Shown: positions 1-9,317 of the stretch, in pieces
Numbering within the stretch: the stretch's first letter is position 1
Layout: each line of letters opens with the position of its first letter
Source of the DNA: a virus
UHGV virus genome: UHGV-1364187
Length of the DNA: 64,000 bases
Reading direction: 5' to 3' (one strand)
Made by a program: the position numbers and the translations under genes
Notes under the pieces: generated by a model
Told to the model about the DNA's origin: nothing
The model's database searches: none
The model's input: the letters and a program-made list of their open reading frames with translations, nothing else

Positions 1-2358
1 TGACTTCTTTAAGATTATCTGAAGCTAATGAATCTAATTTCATTCGTAATTTTACTACAATATTCATTCTATTTAATGGAAGTTTATCATGACCTACAGT
101 ATATGTAACACTTGGACCATATGTATTAAATAGTTTCATATCTATTCCTAATGGATCTTGAAGTACATCCATAGCTTCATCTATATACAATTTTCTAGTT
201 ACAAAATTATCTATAATATCAGTAACATGAGTTTCGTCTTGTGAATACATATATTGAATCAATGGAACTGATTTGATATTGAAGAATGTGTCCAACGATT
301 TTCTTTCTATAGAAATTGGAGAATTAATTATTTCTGAAAAATTTAAATACAGATCTAATCCTGGTGATACTGTATATTTATTAGATAGAATATATCCATC
401 TAATCCAGGAACATAGAGATCTGCATCGTCTCTATCTGTAGTTGATCCTACCAATAATGGATCGTTTAATTTATATGCTGCATATAAAACAACTTTTGTT
501 TGTTGTGGTAAATAGGTATCACTTGTTGTTGTAGCTCTAAAATCATTTAGATTAGTGATGTTTATTAATTTACCAGATTTGTCGAATACATTATTAGTTT
601 CGAGTTCAGCTTCAACTGTATATTCTTTTAACTTACTATCATATTCTATCACTTTACACATAATGTATTTAACTGGGTTGTTAAATTGGTCATAAAATAT
701 ATAGAATACCTTGAAATTGTCCTGACTTAAGATATTTCCCTTTTTATCCACTTCAATAAGATCAAAGTTTTCATCTATATTTTGAGATAGTTTAGCAGTA
801 AGTTTGTATTTATCTCTATCTGTTAGAAACTCTCTCTTAATATTAACAGTAGTACATATGAATTGTAAGAATGCATTCTTATTAATATAAGTAAAGTTTG
901 TTTGATAAGAGATATTTATAATATCAAGATAATATGATAAATGTAAAAATGGTTCTCTATTTACTTTTATCAAAAATGGTGTAGTATAATAAAAATCAGT
1001 AAAACTATTAGCATCATCTTCTGTAGGTATATCATTACTGATTTCTACATAATCCATATTTGATGTATAATGGAATACTATACCTGGTTTAATTACATCA
1101 TTATTTAACTGCAAGATATCATTAGATATCTTAATTGGTAATGTATTTGATGGTATTACATTGTTTATTGAATCTTTCATAAGAAGATATAGATGAAATC
1201 TTAATGTATTCTGATTATGGATATTCTTTTGTATTACAGTTGTTGTATTCTCATCATTAAGTACATTGAAATAGTTTTCTATATCTTTATCTGATGTAAT
1301 ACTATCTCTAGCTAATGCTCTCATAGGGATTTCTCTTTTTAAATCCTCTATTGTTTTCATATCTGAACCATAATCTGAATTAGTATATGGTATTACATAT
1401 AGCATTGCACCACTATACTTATACACATCAGAATCTGGTGCAGCCATAAAACTAGTATTGTATATAAAATTACCAGCTTTACCTTGAGTTGTATATAATC
1501 TTATTTCTATATTAGAATTTAAAGTTGGATTATAATATGCACTTATAAATTTTACTCTAATTGTAGTTGCATCTACATGACTATAGTAGAAATAATTTCT
1601 ATTATTATCTGTAATAGGAACACCTTCAAATATAGGAGTCAATTTAGTAACAACACCACTAGGATCTGTTACAACCATATCAAAATATGCAAGCTGAGAA
1701 TCGAAAGTAAATTCAAATGTTTTATTCTCAATAGAGTCATCACTAGTTATTTTTTTAGGAATACTTTGAGGTTCAACTTGTCTAATTCTAGCTGATATTA
1801 ATATAAAATCATCACCACTTAGATTAACTTTTGCTGGAGGTGGAAGATATGGAGATTCAATATTTGATAGAGGATTTATATCTCCAATATCATATTGTGC
1901 TATATAGACATATCCTTCTGTAGCATAGTTATATGGTTTTGATCTTGTTATAATAATATCATAATCTAAGTGAAATTCAAAAGTGTCTATATTGAAACAT
2001 GTTTTCTTATCAATAACAAATGTATTAGAATTGTTTTTGATATTAGCATCTAATGTTGCTTCTGAAATACCTATTTGTACATCTATATATGCTGGAGTTG
2101 CATATAAATCTTTAACAGAATACTGAATTGCATGTTTCAGTATATCCCTATCATATTTAGCAGTTAGTGGTAATGCTTCATTGCTAATTTCTGACATTAC
2201 TGTTAAATCTGTTGTTAATTGTTTGGTGAATACATCACCTAAAAAACCGAATGTAGACATAAGTAATGCATTTTCATTCATGTCTGGAATATGTTTTGCT
2301 TTTAATTCTTCTATATATTGAGCTATATTATACTTATCTGGTATTATATTATTAGCCA
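1..2358 (-). CDS. Large hypothetical protein, possibly virion structural. The start codon is at 2358 and the 3' end runs past the window edge.
   Basis: By eye the minus-strand frame from the ATG at 2358 is open for at least ~800 nt and appears to run to position 1, more than 780 codons. The ATG overlaps the stop of the upstream gene (TAATG). It is missing from the ORF track, presumably because it is truncated. Confidence 0.55.
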
Positions 2359-3561
2359 TTATACTACCCCTCCTACCCATTTAAGTTGATAATCATTTTT
2401 ATTTTTCACTATAAATGGAACTGTTTGTGGTTCATAGTTTTGTCTATCATCATCTTCAACCCAACCACCATTTTCGCTCCATTTACATTTAGATTTAAAT
2501 GGTTCTACTAACTCATTAAAATCTACTAATATTTGTGGATCCATATCTTCCACGAAATCTGCTTTAAAACTAACAGAATGAGTTATATTATCTGATGTTT
2601 CACTCCATGAAGATCTTGGTGCTCCATCTGGAATAACTCCATAAAATTTAGACCAGAATATTAAACTTCCTACTTCATCTACTATAAATTTATATGCTGC
2701 CACTTTATCATGAAGTATTCGTTTTTGTGTATATTCTGCAGATGGAGGTTTTACTACACCTCGTTGTTTTAAATTTTCATATTGATCCCATAATCTAAAG
2801 AATGTATAAACTTCAGCAATAGAGTTTTCTCTAAATTCTAGAGTAAATGATACATCTTGATCTGACTCTTCAGATGAACCTCTATAATTTATTTTAGCAC
2901 CTATTATATTAGCTGCAGTATAAACTTCTTTAGCATTTGTGTCAGATATATCTATTGTATTTTGTACTGTATAACTTAATAAGTTTATAAATGGACTTTC
3001 ATGTAAGCTTAGATCGAATTGTAATTGTCTCAATATCATTGGATATCTAGCTTGTATATCTGCAAACATAGGTAACAATTTAAATTGTTCATTAAGTTGT
3101 GTACCTAAAGAGTCTGAGTATATATTCAATTCTGGTTTAGTTATAAATATATACTCTTTAGAAAATCTAAGTATATCTTCACTTAGATCTATTAATGGAT
3201 ATCTTTTAAATCTTTGGTATTTATCATACATAAAGTCTGTTACTATACCTTGCATACGAAGCATATTTTCTATACCTTTTATTGTTGTCGTTTGATTACT
3301 ATTTGTTTTCTTAATAACACTAGTTGATCTGTCAATAGTATCAACTTTACTTAGATTATTTTTTATTGCTTGACTTACTAAAGATTTATTAGTAGGCTCA
3401 AATAAATTTTCTATCTTCTTTAAAGTTGAAGATGTATTATTGACAACTTGGTTTCCAGCATTTGTAGCTGAATTTACTACATTATTTAGTAAATCTGATA
3501 ATTTTGCCATGATCTCAACTCCTTTCTCGTTACTTGAATGTTCTAGTAATACGTATTTCAA
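2359..3561 (-). CDS. Hypothetical protein of 400 aa, possibly tail or baseplate associated.
   Basis: Long ORF. Its stop overlaps the start of the downstream gene. Asn/Ser/Thr-rich N-terminus. Confidence 0.65.
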   Translation of the reverse strand: MKYVLLEHSSNEKGVEIMAKLSDLLNNVVNSATNAGNQVVNNTSSTLKKIENLFEPTNKSLVSQAIKNNLSKVDTIDRSTSVIKKTNSNQTTTIKGIENMLRMQGIVTDFMYDKYQRFKRYPLIDLSEDILRFSKEYIFITKPELNIYSDSLGTQLNEQFKLLPMFADIQARYPMILRQLQFDLSLHESPFINLLSYTVQNTIDISDTNAKEVYTAANIIGAKINYRGSSEESDQDVSFTLEFRENSIAEVYTFFRLWDQYENLKQRGVVKPPSAEYTQKRILHDKVAAYKFIVDEVGSLIFWSKFYGVIPDGAPRSSWSETSDNITHSVSFKADFVEDMDPQILVDFNELVEPFKSKCKWSENGGWVEDDDRQNYEPQTVPFIVKNKNDYQLKWVGGVV

Positions 3562-3583
3562 TTATATATTATATATGTGTAAT
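3555..3583 (+). promoter_or_regulatory. Class-B conserved promoter-like motif (TTCAATTATATATTAT..ATGTGTAA), plus orientation.
   Basis: Closely matches the motif found upstream of about a dozen other genes (18071, 41780, 56147 and others, on the minus strand). Confidence 0.45.
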
Positions 3584-3658
3584 ATATAACAGAAATGTCC
3601 TATCTCCACTTCAATATATAGTAAAAAAATAATATTAGATTAAAGGGAGAGAGAACAA

Positions 3659-3751
3659 ATGGGTTATACTTATTACGAATTAGAATTTAGTTATACATCT
3701 TATAGTAGTGAATACTACATAATACCAGCATACATCGTTAAAGAACATTAA
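3659..3751 (+). CDS. Micro-ORF encoding a 30-aa Tyr/Ser-rich peptide (MGYTYYELEFSYTSYSSEYYIIPAYIVKEH).
   Basis: Strong SD (AAGGGAGAG) 7 nt upstream of the ATG. Sits between a class-B promoter motif and a terminator. C-terminal IIPAYIVKEH matches the recurrent terminal motif. Confidence 0.35.
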   Translation: MGYTYYELEFSYTSYSSEYYIIPAYIVKEH

Positions 3752-3771
3752 TCGATGTAAACAAAATTAAA

Positions 3772-3830
3772 AGGCTACATTGAAAGTATAAGTGATACTT
3801 TATGTAGCCTATATTCTTTTATTTTTTTGT
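3772..3830 (+). terminator. Rho-independent terminator hairpin (AGGCTACAT...ATGTAGCCT) followed by a T-tract.
   Basis: 9-bp perfect stem followed by ATATTCTTTTATTTTTTTG. Confidence 0.6.
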
Positions 3831-3847
3831 ATATATTCTTTATTTTT

Positions 3848-3888
3848 TAACTTATAAGTAATCTAATTCTATTAAAGGAGGAATAAAT
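3848..3888 (+). promoter_or_regulatory. Conserved upstream cassette A1 (TAACTTATAAGTAATCTAATTCTATTAAAGGAGGAATAAAT), promoter-like plus SD.
   Basis: Near-identical copies sit immediately upstream of the ATGs at 4737, 6393, 7274 and 8178, with a partial copy at 9318. Confidence 0.6.
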
Positions 3889-4659
3889 ATGATTTATGCT
3901 ACATGTTTAAATGAACAAACAAATATTATTAACGAAGACTTTACTATGTCACTACTCATAGAAAATTGCGAGTTACAATCTCAAATTATAATGCTTAATG
4001 AAGGATCTATGGTAGATAAATTTGTGAATTTTCTAAATACTATTAAGAATTTCATATCAAACTTTTTTAAAACTATAATCGATAAATTTAGATCATTAAT
4101 TAATAAAACCCCATCAACATCAACAACTAAAGATACCACATCTTCAAATAAAGATGTAAAGCCAAATAAAATTAATAGTATAACATTATATAGCATCAAT
4201 TTAGATGTAGAACTTGATATATTTAATTTGGTTGAAGAAACAGTAAAATGTAAAGATAAGTTTACAACTGAAAAGTTTGTTAATATTGTAAATAAACATT
4301 TAGAAGGATTTAAATACTCATCATTATCAGATATTAAGCCTGATTTATTTATAAAGAAATATGATTATTATAATAATGATGAAAAATTTAAAGACTCAGT
4401 ATTAAAAGATGTAAAAGATATTAAAAATGATATTAATGACATTATAGGGTTATGTAATAGATATATGACTACATATACAAAATGTTTTGATTACGAGATC
4501 AATAATGTTAAAAGTATTAATGATGAATCTGTTATAAATGAAAGAATTAAATGGATAAATTCATGCAAAGATTTAGTAGTAAAATATCTTACAATAGAAT
4601 TAAATGCATGTACTATCATAATGCAAAATCTTAATAGTGTATTACAGAAAGTTAAATAA
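3889..4659 (+). CDS. Hypothetical protein, member 1 of the MIYATCLNEQ paralog family (256 aa).
   Basis: ORF with a cassette-A SD. The N-terminal ~70 aa are nearly identical to the ORFs at 6393 and 7274. Confidence 0.8.
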   Translation: MIYATCLNEQTNIINEDFTMSLLIENCELQSQIIMLNEGSMVDKFVNFLNTIKNFISNFFKTIIDKFRSLINKTPSTSTTKDTTSSNKDVKPNKINSITLYSINLDVELDIFNLVEETVKCKDKFTTEKFVNIVNKHLEGFKYSSLSDIKPDLFIKKYDYYNNDEKFKDSVLKDVKDIKNDINDIIGLCNRYMTTYTKCFDYEINNVKSINDESVINERIKWINSCKDLVVKYLTIELNACTIIMQNLNSVLQKVK

Positions 4660-4666
4660 AATAATT

Positions 4667-4690
4667 AGAGATACTCTATAGAGTATCTCT
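4667..4690 (+). terminator. Perfect 24-nt palindrome hairpin (AGAGATACTCTATAGAGTATCTCT).
   Basis: Seen directly. Variants at 7201 and 8111 show compensatory changes. Confidence 0.5.
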
Positions 4691-4694
4691 AATT

Positions 4695-4736
4695 TAACTT
4701 ATAAGTAATCTAATTACATTAAAGGAGGAATATATC
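4695..4736 (+). promoter_or_regulatory. Conserved upstream cassette A2.
   Basis: TAACTTATAAGTAATCTAATTACATTAAAGGAGGAAT. Confidence 0.6.
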
Positions 4737-6320
4737 ATGCAAGTTGTTCATGAAACAGTTATTAAAGATATAGTAGATATTCTTTCAGATTTAAAAGATA
4801 ATAAATCATTAGAAAATTTACTCAAAAATAGTAAACGTGGTGGAATGAAATCTATCGCTCAAGCAAGTTCAAATCTTACTTTAACTTATCCATGTCTTGT
4901 GTCTAACTCACTAAGTATTGATAGTGTAAGTATGATTTCTAAAGCTATGGAAAGAAAGAATGCACAAATGATTCAGATGTTACTTAGTGCATATCAATCT
5001 AAAAAACTTAATGGTGATGAAGAATTTGATCCTATCAAATATCTTCAAAAATTCCATAAAAACTTGAATATTGATTATAATGTAAGTGTTGATAGTATCT
5101 TAGATACAGTAGATAAAGTTGTTAAATTGGCAGAATCTGCTGGTATGTATGTTGATACTGTTCAATATATTCCAGAATCACAACAAATTAAATATATTAA
5201 AGAACAATCTAAACAAGATAACACTTTACCAGATATGATTAGTGAATCTAGTGTTGCTTCATATAAGATTTCTAAAAATAATATGTTTGGTAAGACTGTT
5301 GTATTACAAGAGAGAACAGATTACACAAATGGGTTAGGATTTAATGATAATAGAAACGATCCTACACTTTTAAATCCAACTGTAACAAGAGATGGTATAG
5401 AAGATGTAGCAAAAGGTGATGATGAATTTTTATCAATTGCAAAAGACTATTGGAATGTTCAGAATGCAATGAATAAGAATAAATACGATACAAATAAAGA
5501 AAGACGAGAAGCAGAAAAACATGAATTTGAAAAACAGAAAAATAATAGAGAAGTAGAAAGAAATAATAGAGAAAGACAAAAACATGGTCTTGGTATTACT
5601 GTAGATAAAGCTAAATATTTAAATACATCACAACAAACAGCACAAGGAAGAATTGCACAATTACAAAATGTAGATGTAAAGAAAGCTAACGAATTAGTAG
5701 GTACTCCTATTATGGTTACAGTTCATGTAACTAATAAAGAAGGATTACTAGATCCAATTTCATTCTTAATTGCTGTAAAATCTAAGATTTACCCATTAGA
5801 CTCTAAAGATATTATCCAAAGAGTTATCACTAAGAATAAAGATAAGAACTTCTTTGGTAAAATTGTTAAAGTTGCTACTGGGGAAATTTCATTTGTTAGA
5901 GATTTCTTATTTGCAATTGACCAAGCTAAATTAGATTCTTTATCTCAATCTAGAAAAGGAAATTCATCTAAACTTTGGAGAGTATTAGAAAGAATGGCTA
6001 TGAAATCTAAATTCTCTAGAGCTATTGGAAAACAAAATGAATATATGGCTATTACTACTCTTGTAATGTCACAAGAAGAAGTAGAGTATATTAAGAAATA
6101 TGCTAATATGGATATGGAAAAAGAAGCAATAGCTAAAGTAATTGTAGATGCGTATAATCTATTGTGTCTTGTTATTGTAGATGAAACTAATGAAACAGCT
6201 AAGTTCTTATTCAATTCAGATCAAGAATTATTTGAAGAATTGAGCTTCAATCAATTAGAAAGAGAAGCTACAGATGGATCATATAGAAAGATGGTAAATC
6301 TTATTACAAAAATGAGATAA
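4737..6320 (+). CDS. Hypothetical protein of 527 aa with a central Lys/Arg/Glu-rich coiled-coil-like segment.
   Basis: Long ORF preceded by the cassette and followed by a hairpin. Confidence 0.8.
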   Translation: MQVVHETVIKDIVDILSDLKDNKSLENLLKNSKRGGMKSIAQASSNLTLTYPCLVSNSLSIDSVSMISKAMERKNAQMIQMLLSAYQSKKLNGDEEFDPIKYLQKFHKNLNIDYNVSVDSILDTVDKVVKLAESAGMYVDTVQYIPESQQIKYIKEQSKQDNTLPDMISESSVASYKISKNNMFGKTVVLQERTDYTNGLGFNDNRNDPTLLNPTVTRDGIEDVAKGDDEFLSIAKDYWNVQNAMNKNKYDTNKERREAEKHEFEKQKNNREVERNNRERQKHGLGITVDKAKYLNTSQQTAQGRIAQLQNVDVKKANELVGTPIMVTVHVTNKEGLLDPISFLIAVKSKIYPLDSKDIIQRVITKNKDKNFFGKIVKVATGEISFVRDFLFAIDQAKLDSLSQSRKGNSSKLWRVLERMAMKSKFSRAIGKQNEYMAITTLVMSQEEVEYIKKYANMDMEKEAIAKVIVDAYNLLCLVIVDETNETAKFLFNSDQELFEELSFNQLEREATDGSYRKMVNLITKMR

Positions 6321-6323
6321 AAA

Positions 6324-6350
6324 AGAATAAGGGATATAATCCCTTATTCT
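6324..6350 (+). terminator. Hairpin (AGAATAAGGG-ATATAAT-CCCTTATTCT).
   Basis: 10-bp stem. Confidence 0.5.
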
Positions 6351-6392
6351 TAACTTATAAAGTAATCTAATTCTATTAAAGGGGGAATAAAT
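6341..6392 (+). promoter_or_regulatory. Conserved upstream cassette A3, with a 1-nt insertion.
   Basis: TAACTTATAAAGTAATCTAATTCTATTAAAGGGGGAATAAAT. Confidence 0.55.
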
Positions 6393-7191
6393 ATGATATA
6401 TGCAACATGTTTAAATGAACAATCAAATGATATCATAAATGAGGATTTTACTATAGAATTGTTAATAGAGAATTGTAACTTACAATCTGAACTTATAATA
6501 TTATCAGAAGGTGCACTTGTAGATAAATTTATAAATGTCTTAAAAACAGTTAAAAAATTCATTTCAAATTTCTTAAAAACGATACTTAATAAATTTATAG
6601 AACTAAAAAATAAAATTTTCAAATCATCACCAAAATCAGATGTTAGAAAACAAGACTCTACAAATAAATTTATAAGAAAAACTAAATCTGTTAAATATGT
6701 TTGTGTAGACAGATCAAAGAAGATAGAAATATATGACATATATCATCAGATAGTTAAAAAAATATAGATAAATACTCTGAAGAAAAATTTTTTGAAGTAG
6801 TAAATTCAAATTCAAAAAATTTAACGATAAATTCATTATCTGATATAACAAAAGAATTATTTTTAACAAAACAAGAAAAGACGTATAATAGAAAAATAGA
6901 GCAATTGTGGCTAGTGGCATGAATGATAGTTGTACAAATACATTTATATCTTACATAAAAGATAGTATGGAAGATATAAATAAAAGTTTTGATAACTGGA
7001 TAGATTATGCTAATATACATTCAAAACGTGTTAACTGGACAGATGAGCAATTATCTAATAATATCATATGGATAAATAAAATTAAAGATTTAACTGTAAA
7101 ATATTATTCAACATTATTGCAAGCGTATAGTATAGAACTAAATGAAATACATATAGCTAAAAAAACTATTGAGAATGATAATGATTTATAG
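6393..7191 (+). pseudogene. Decayed member 2 of the MIYATCLNEQ family, fragmented by frameshifts.
   Basis: The ORF 6393..6767 is the conserved N-terminal domain. The following out-of-frame segment (DKYSEEKFFEVVNSNSKNLTINSLSDITKELF) and the ORF 6907..7191 (IIWINKIKDLTVKYYSTLLQAYSIELNE) align with the middle and C-terminal parts of the 3889 protein. The first break lies in an A7 run. Confidence 0.6.
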
Positions 7192-7200
7192 AAATATATT

Positions 7201-7224
7201 AGAAATACTCTATAGGGTATTTCT
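7201..7224 (+). terminator. Hairpin AGAAATACTCTATAGGGTATTTCT.
   Basis: A variant of the 4667 palindrome in which the paired stem positions changed together (G->A with C->T). Confidence 0.5.
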
Positions 7225-7229
7225 AATAT

Positions 7230-7273
7230 AACTTATAAGTAATCTAATTATTCTATTAAAGGAAGAATTATAA
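7230..7273 (+). promoter_or_regulatory. Conserved upstream cassette A4.
   Basis: TAACTTATAAGTAATCTAATTATTCTATTAAAGGAAGAAT. Confidence 0.55.
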
Positions 7274-7996
7274 ATGATTTATGCAACATGTTTAAATGAA
7301 CAAACGTCTATATTCAATGAAGATTTTGTGACAAATTTATTAATGGAAAATGTACAAATGCAAACTACAATATTAGTTGAAGAAAGTTCTATTATAACAG
7401 AGAATGCTATTAGTGATTTTGTTGGTAAAGTTATTAATTTTATTAAAGAAACTATATCTAAATTTAGAAATTGGATAGTGTCAAAAATTAGTAGTATTAA
7501 AAAAACAATAAAACCAAGATCAAATACATCATCAAATACATCATCAGATAAAACAGTAGAATTGTGGGATGTTAAAGATAATATTTATGAAATAGAAACT
7601 ATAATAGAAGATTCTACAGAAAAAATTTCTAATAAAATATTAAAAAACTATAGTAATATATCAAGTGAAGAATTAGATATTCTTGCTAAAGATATACAAA
7701 AAGCATATTGTGGAACAGAAAATCCAACTTATGAACTATTTATTGTTAAAAAGAGTATTAAATATGACAATACATTAATAAACAAAACAATAACAGAATT
7801 AGATAAAAAATTTGATTATATGAAAGATGTATCAAAGAAGGTAAATATGTCTGGCAATACTATAATAGGAGATTTAAATACATATCTTAAAAAAATAGAT
7901 GGTATAAATAGAAATAATCCTAACGTTCATATGAATACAGATTATATCGATTCTTCAACAAATAGACATAATGCTCAAGAGATGAAAAAAATATAA
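7274..7996 (+). CDS. Hypothetical protein, member 3 of the MIYATCLNEQ family (240 aa) with a divergent C-terminus.
   Basis: ORF behind a cassette. The N-terminal domain is conserved. Confidence 0.8.
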   Translation: MIYATCLNEQTSIFNEDFVTNLLMENVQMQTTILVEESSIITENAISDFVGKVINFIKETISKFRNWIVSKISSIKKTIKPRSNTSSNTSSDKTVELWDVKDNIYEIETIIEDSTEKISNKILKNYSNISSEELDILAKDIQKAYCGTENPTYELFIVKKSIKYDNTLINKTITELDKKFDYMKDVSKKVNMSGNTIIGDLNTYLKKIDGINRNNPNVHMNTDYIDSSTNRHNAQEMKKI

Positions 7997-8110
7997 ATTT
8001 AGCAATAAGAGATTTTCAAAATATGATTCAAGTTGCAACAAATATATCCAATTTAATATTGAAGGCTATAACTATGTGCATTAATCATAACTCATCATTA
8101 TAAAATAATT

Positions 8111-8132
8111 AGAGATACTATAGAGTATCTCT
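8111..8132 (+). terminator. Hairpin AGAGATACTATAGAGTATCTCT.
   Basis: Palindrome. Confidence 0.5.
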
Positions 8133-8138
8133 AATTTA

Positions 8139-8177
8139 ACTTATAAGTAATCTAATTCTATTAAAGGAGGAATTATA
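8139..8177 (+). promoter_or_regulatory. Conserved upstream cassette A5.
   Basis: TAACTTATAAGTAATCTAATTCTATTAAAGGAGGAATTATA. Confidence 0.6.
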
Positions 8178-9197
8178 ATGGAAAGATATTATGAGCCTGT
8201 ATATATGCAAGCTATTAAAGAACATTTTGATCTTAGAGATAGAGAAACACGAAAAATTCTCCTTTCTCTTACAGAAGCAGAAGGCGGTAAAGTTTTAGAA
8301 AGTTTAACTGGTAGACTTTACCAGATGATTATTGATAAAGTAGACGATATTGACTTTGGACTTATTCCTCAATCTAAGGGTGATATTACTAAAGTTGATG
8401 GGGTGGAAAAGCTTTTAGAAGCTTTACAAATTATTTCAGATATTATGGTATCTGCACATCAAGATAAAGGTATTGAGATTGTTCAAACTGTTATTGATTG
8501 TATCAAAAATATTCAAGTTAGAACAGATCTATTCCAAAAAGCTTATGCTTTAAATCTTGAAATTCCTATTACTATTTATAATACAATGGTATTAGCTGTA
8601 TTTGATGCTACATCATATATGATTGTAAATACAATAGACTTTATTAAAGATCCTGGAACAAATTCTTTTGAAGCTGTTGTTGTGAATAATAATATCAAAA
8701 AGACTAAACAATCTTTAGTTATGAAGAATATTATTAGTTTTAATGAAGCTTGTAGAAAAGGTGATATTGATAAAACAATTCAATCTATTATTGATGCTAA
8801 AGCTAGAGGATTTGCAGTATCAACTATTGGAGTATCTATAGTTGCAGCTGGAACATTATTAACTTTAATTATACCTATTATTAGAGAATTGATTTACTTA
8901 TATTATCATGCTAGAGTATCTATGAACGATTATCTTACAGTACAGGCAGATCTTATTCAGATGAATATTACTGGTCTTGAATTAAATGATTCTATCGATC
9001 AAGAAAAGAGAGAAAGAATCATTAAGAAACAAGCTAGTATTGCTGAAAGATTACGTAAACTTGCTAATGTAATTGAAGTTAAAGAGAAGAAAGCTGAGAA
9101 TAAAACTATTTCAACAATCAATAGTGAAAATAGACAATATAAGTTCAACGAAATCCAAGATGAATTACCAGATTCTGCTGTTGCTTCATTATTCTAA
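8178..9197 (+). CDS. Hypothetical protein of 339 aa with one predicted transmembrane segment (AVSTIGVSIVAAGTLLTLIIPII).
   Basis: ORF behind a cassette. Contains an LTEAEGG motif. Confidence 0.8.
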   Translation: MERYYEPVYMQAIKEHFDLRDRETRKILLSLTEAEGGKVLESLTGRLYQMIIDKVDDIDFGLIPQSKGDITKVDGVEKLLEALQIISDIMVSAHQDKGIEIVQTVIDCIKNIQVRTDLFQKAYALNLEIPITIYNTMVLAVFDATSYMIVNTIDFIKDPGTNSFEAVVVNNNIKKTKQSLVMKNIISFNEACRKGDIDKTIQSIIDAKARGFAVSTIGVSIVAAGTLLTLIIPIIRELIYLYYHARVSMNDYLTVQADLIQMNITGLELNDSIDQEKRERIIKKQASIAERLRKLANVIEVKEKKAENKTISTINSENRQYKFNEIQDELPDSAVASLF

Positions 9198-9202
9198 AAT
9201 TT

Positions 9203-9233
9203 AGAAGTGAATAGATATACTCTATTCACTTCT
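9203..9233 (+). terminator. Hairpin AGAAGTGAATAG...CTATTCACTTCT.
   Basis: 12-bp stem. Confidence 0.5.
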
Positions 9234-9317
9234 AATTTAATCACGTTTCTTTTTACTTCTATAAACATATAAATAATGCTATAAGCAAAAACTAACCTTA
9301 TTAAAGGAGGAATTATA

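Noticed and set aside
1577-1795. 72-aa plus-strand ORF.
   Set aside because: It lies inside the long minus-strand gene 1..2358 and has no ribosome binding site.
3848-3888. Reading cassette A as a host sigma-A promoter (TTAACT, 17 nt, TATTAA).
   Set aside because: Only 4 of 6 matches at each hexamer, and the implied transcription start would fall inside the SD. This is not excluded, but it was not asserted.
3981-4199. Antisense ORFs inside cassette genes: 3981..4199, 5945..6214, 6350..6739, 6714..6920, 6754..7020, 10211..10411, 11400..11603, 13482..13700, 14011..14238 and 14024..14230.
   Set aside because: They lie opposite well-supported longer ORFs, have no SD, and are low-complexity AT-driven frames.
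4667-4690. 24-nt perfect palindrome as a dimeric repressor operator.
   Set aside because: The variant copy at 7201 keeps pairing through compensatory changes (A/T for G/C), which favours an RNA hairpin. Operator function is not excluded.
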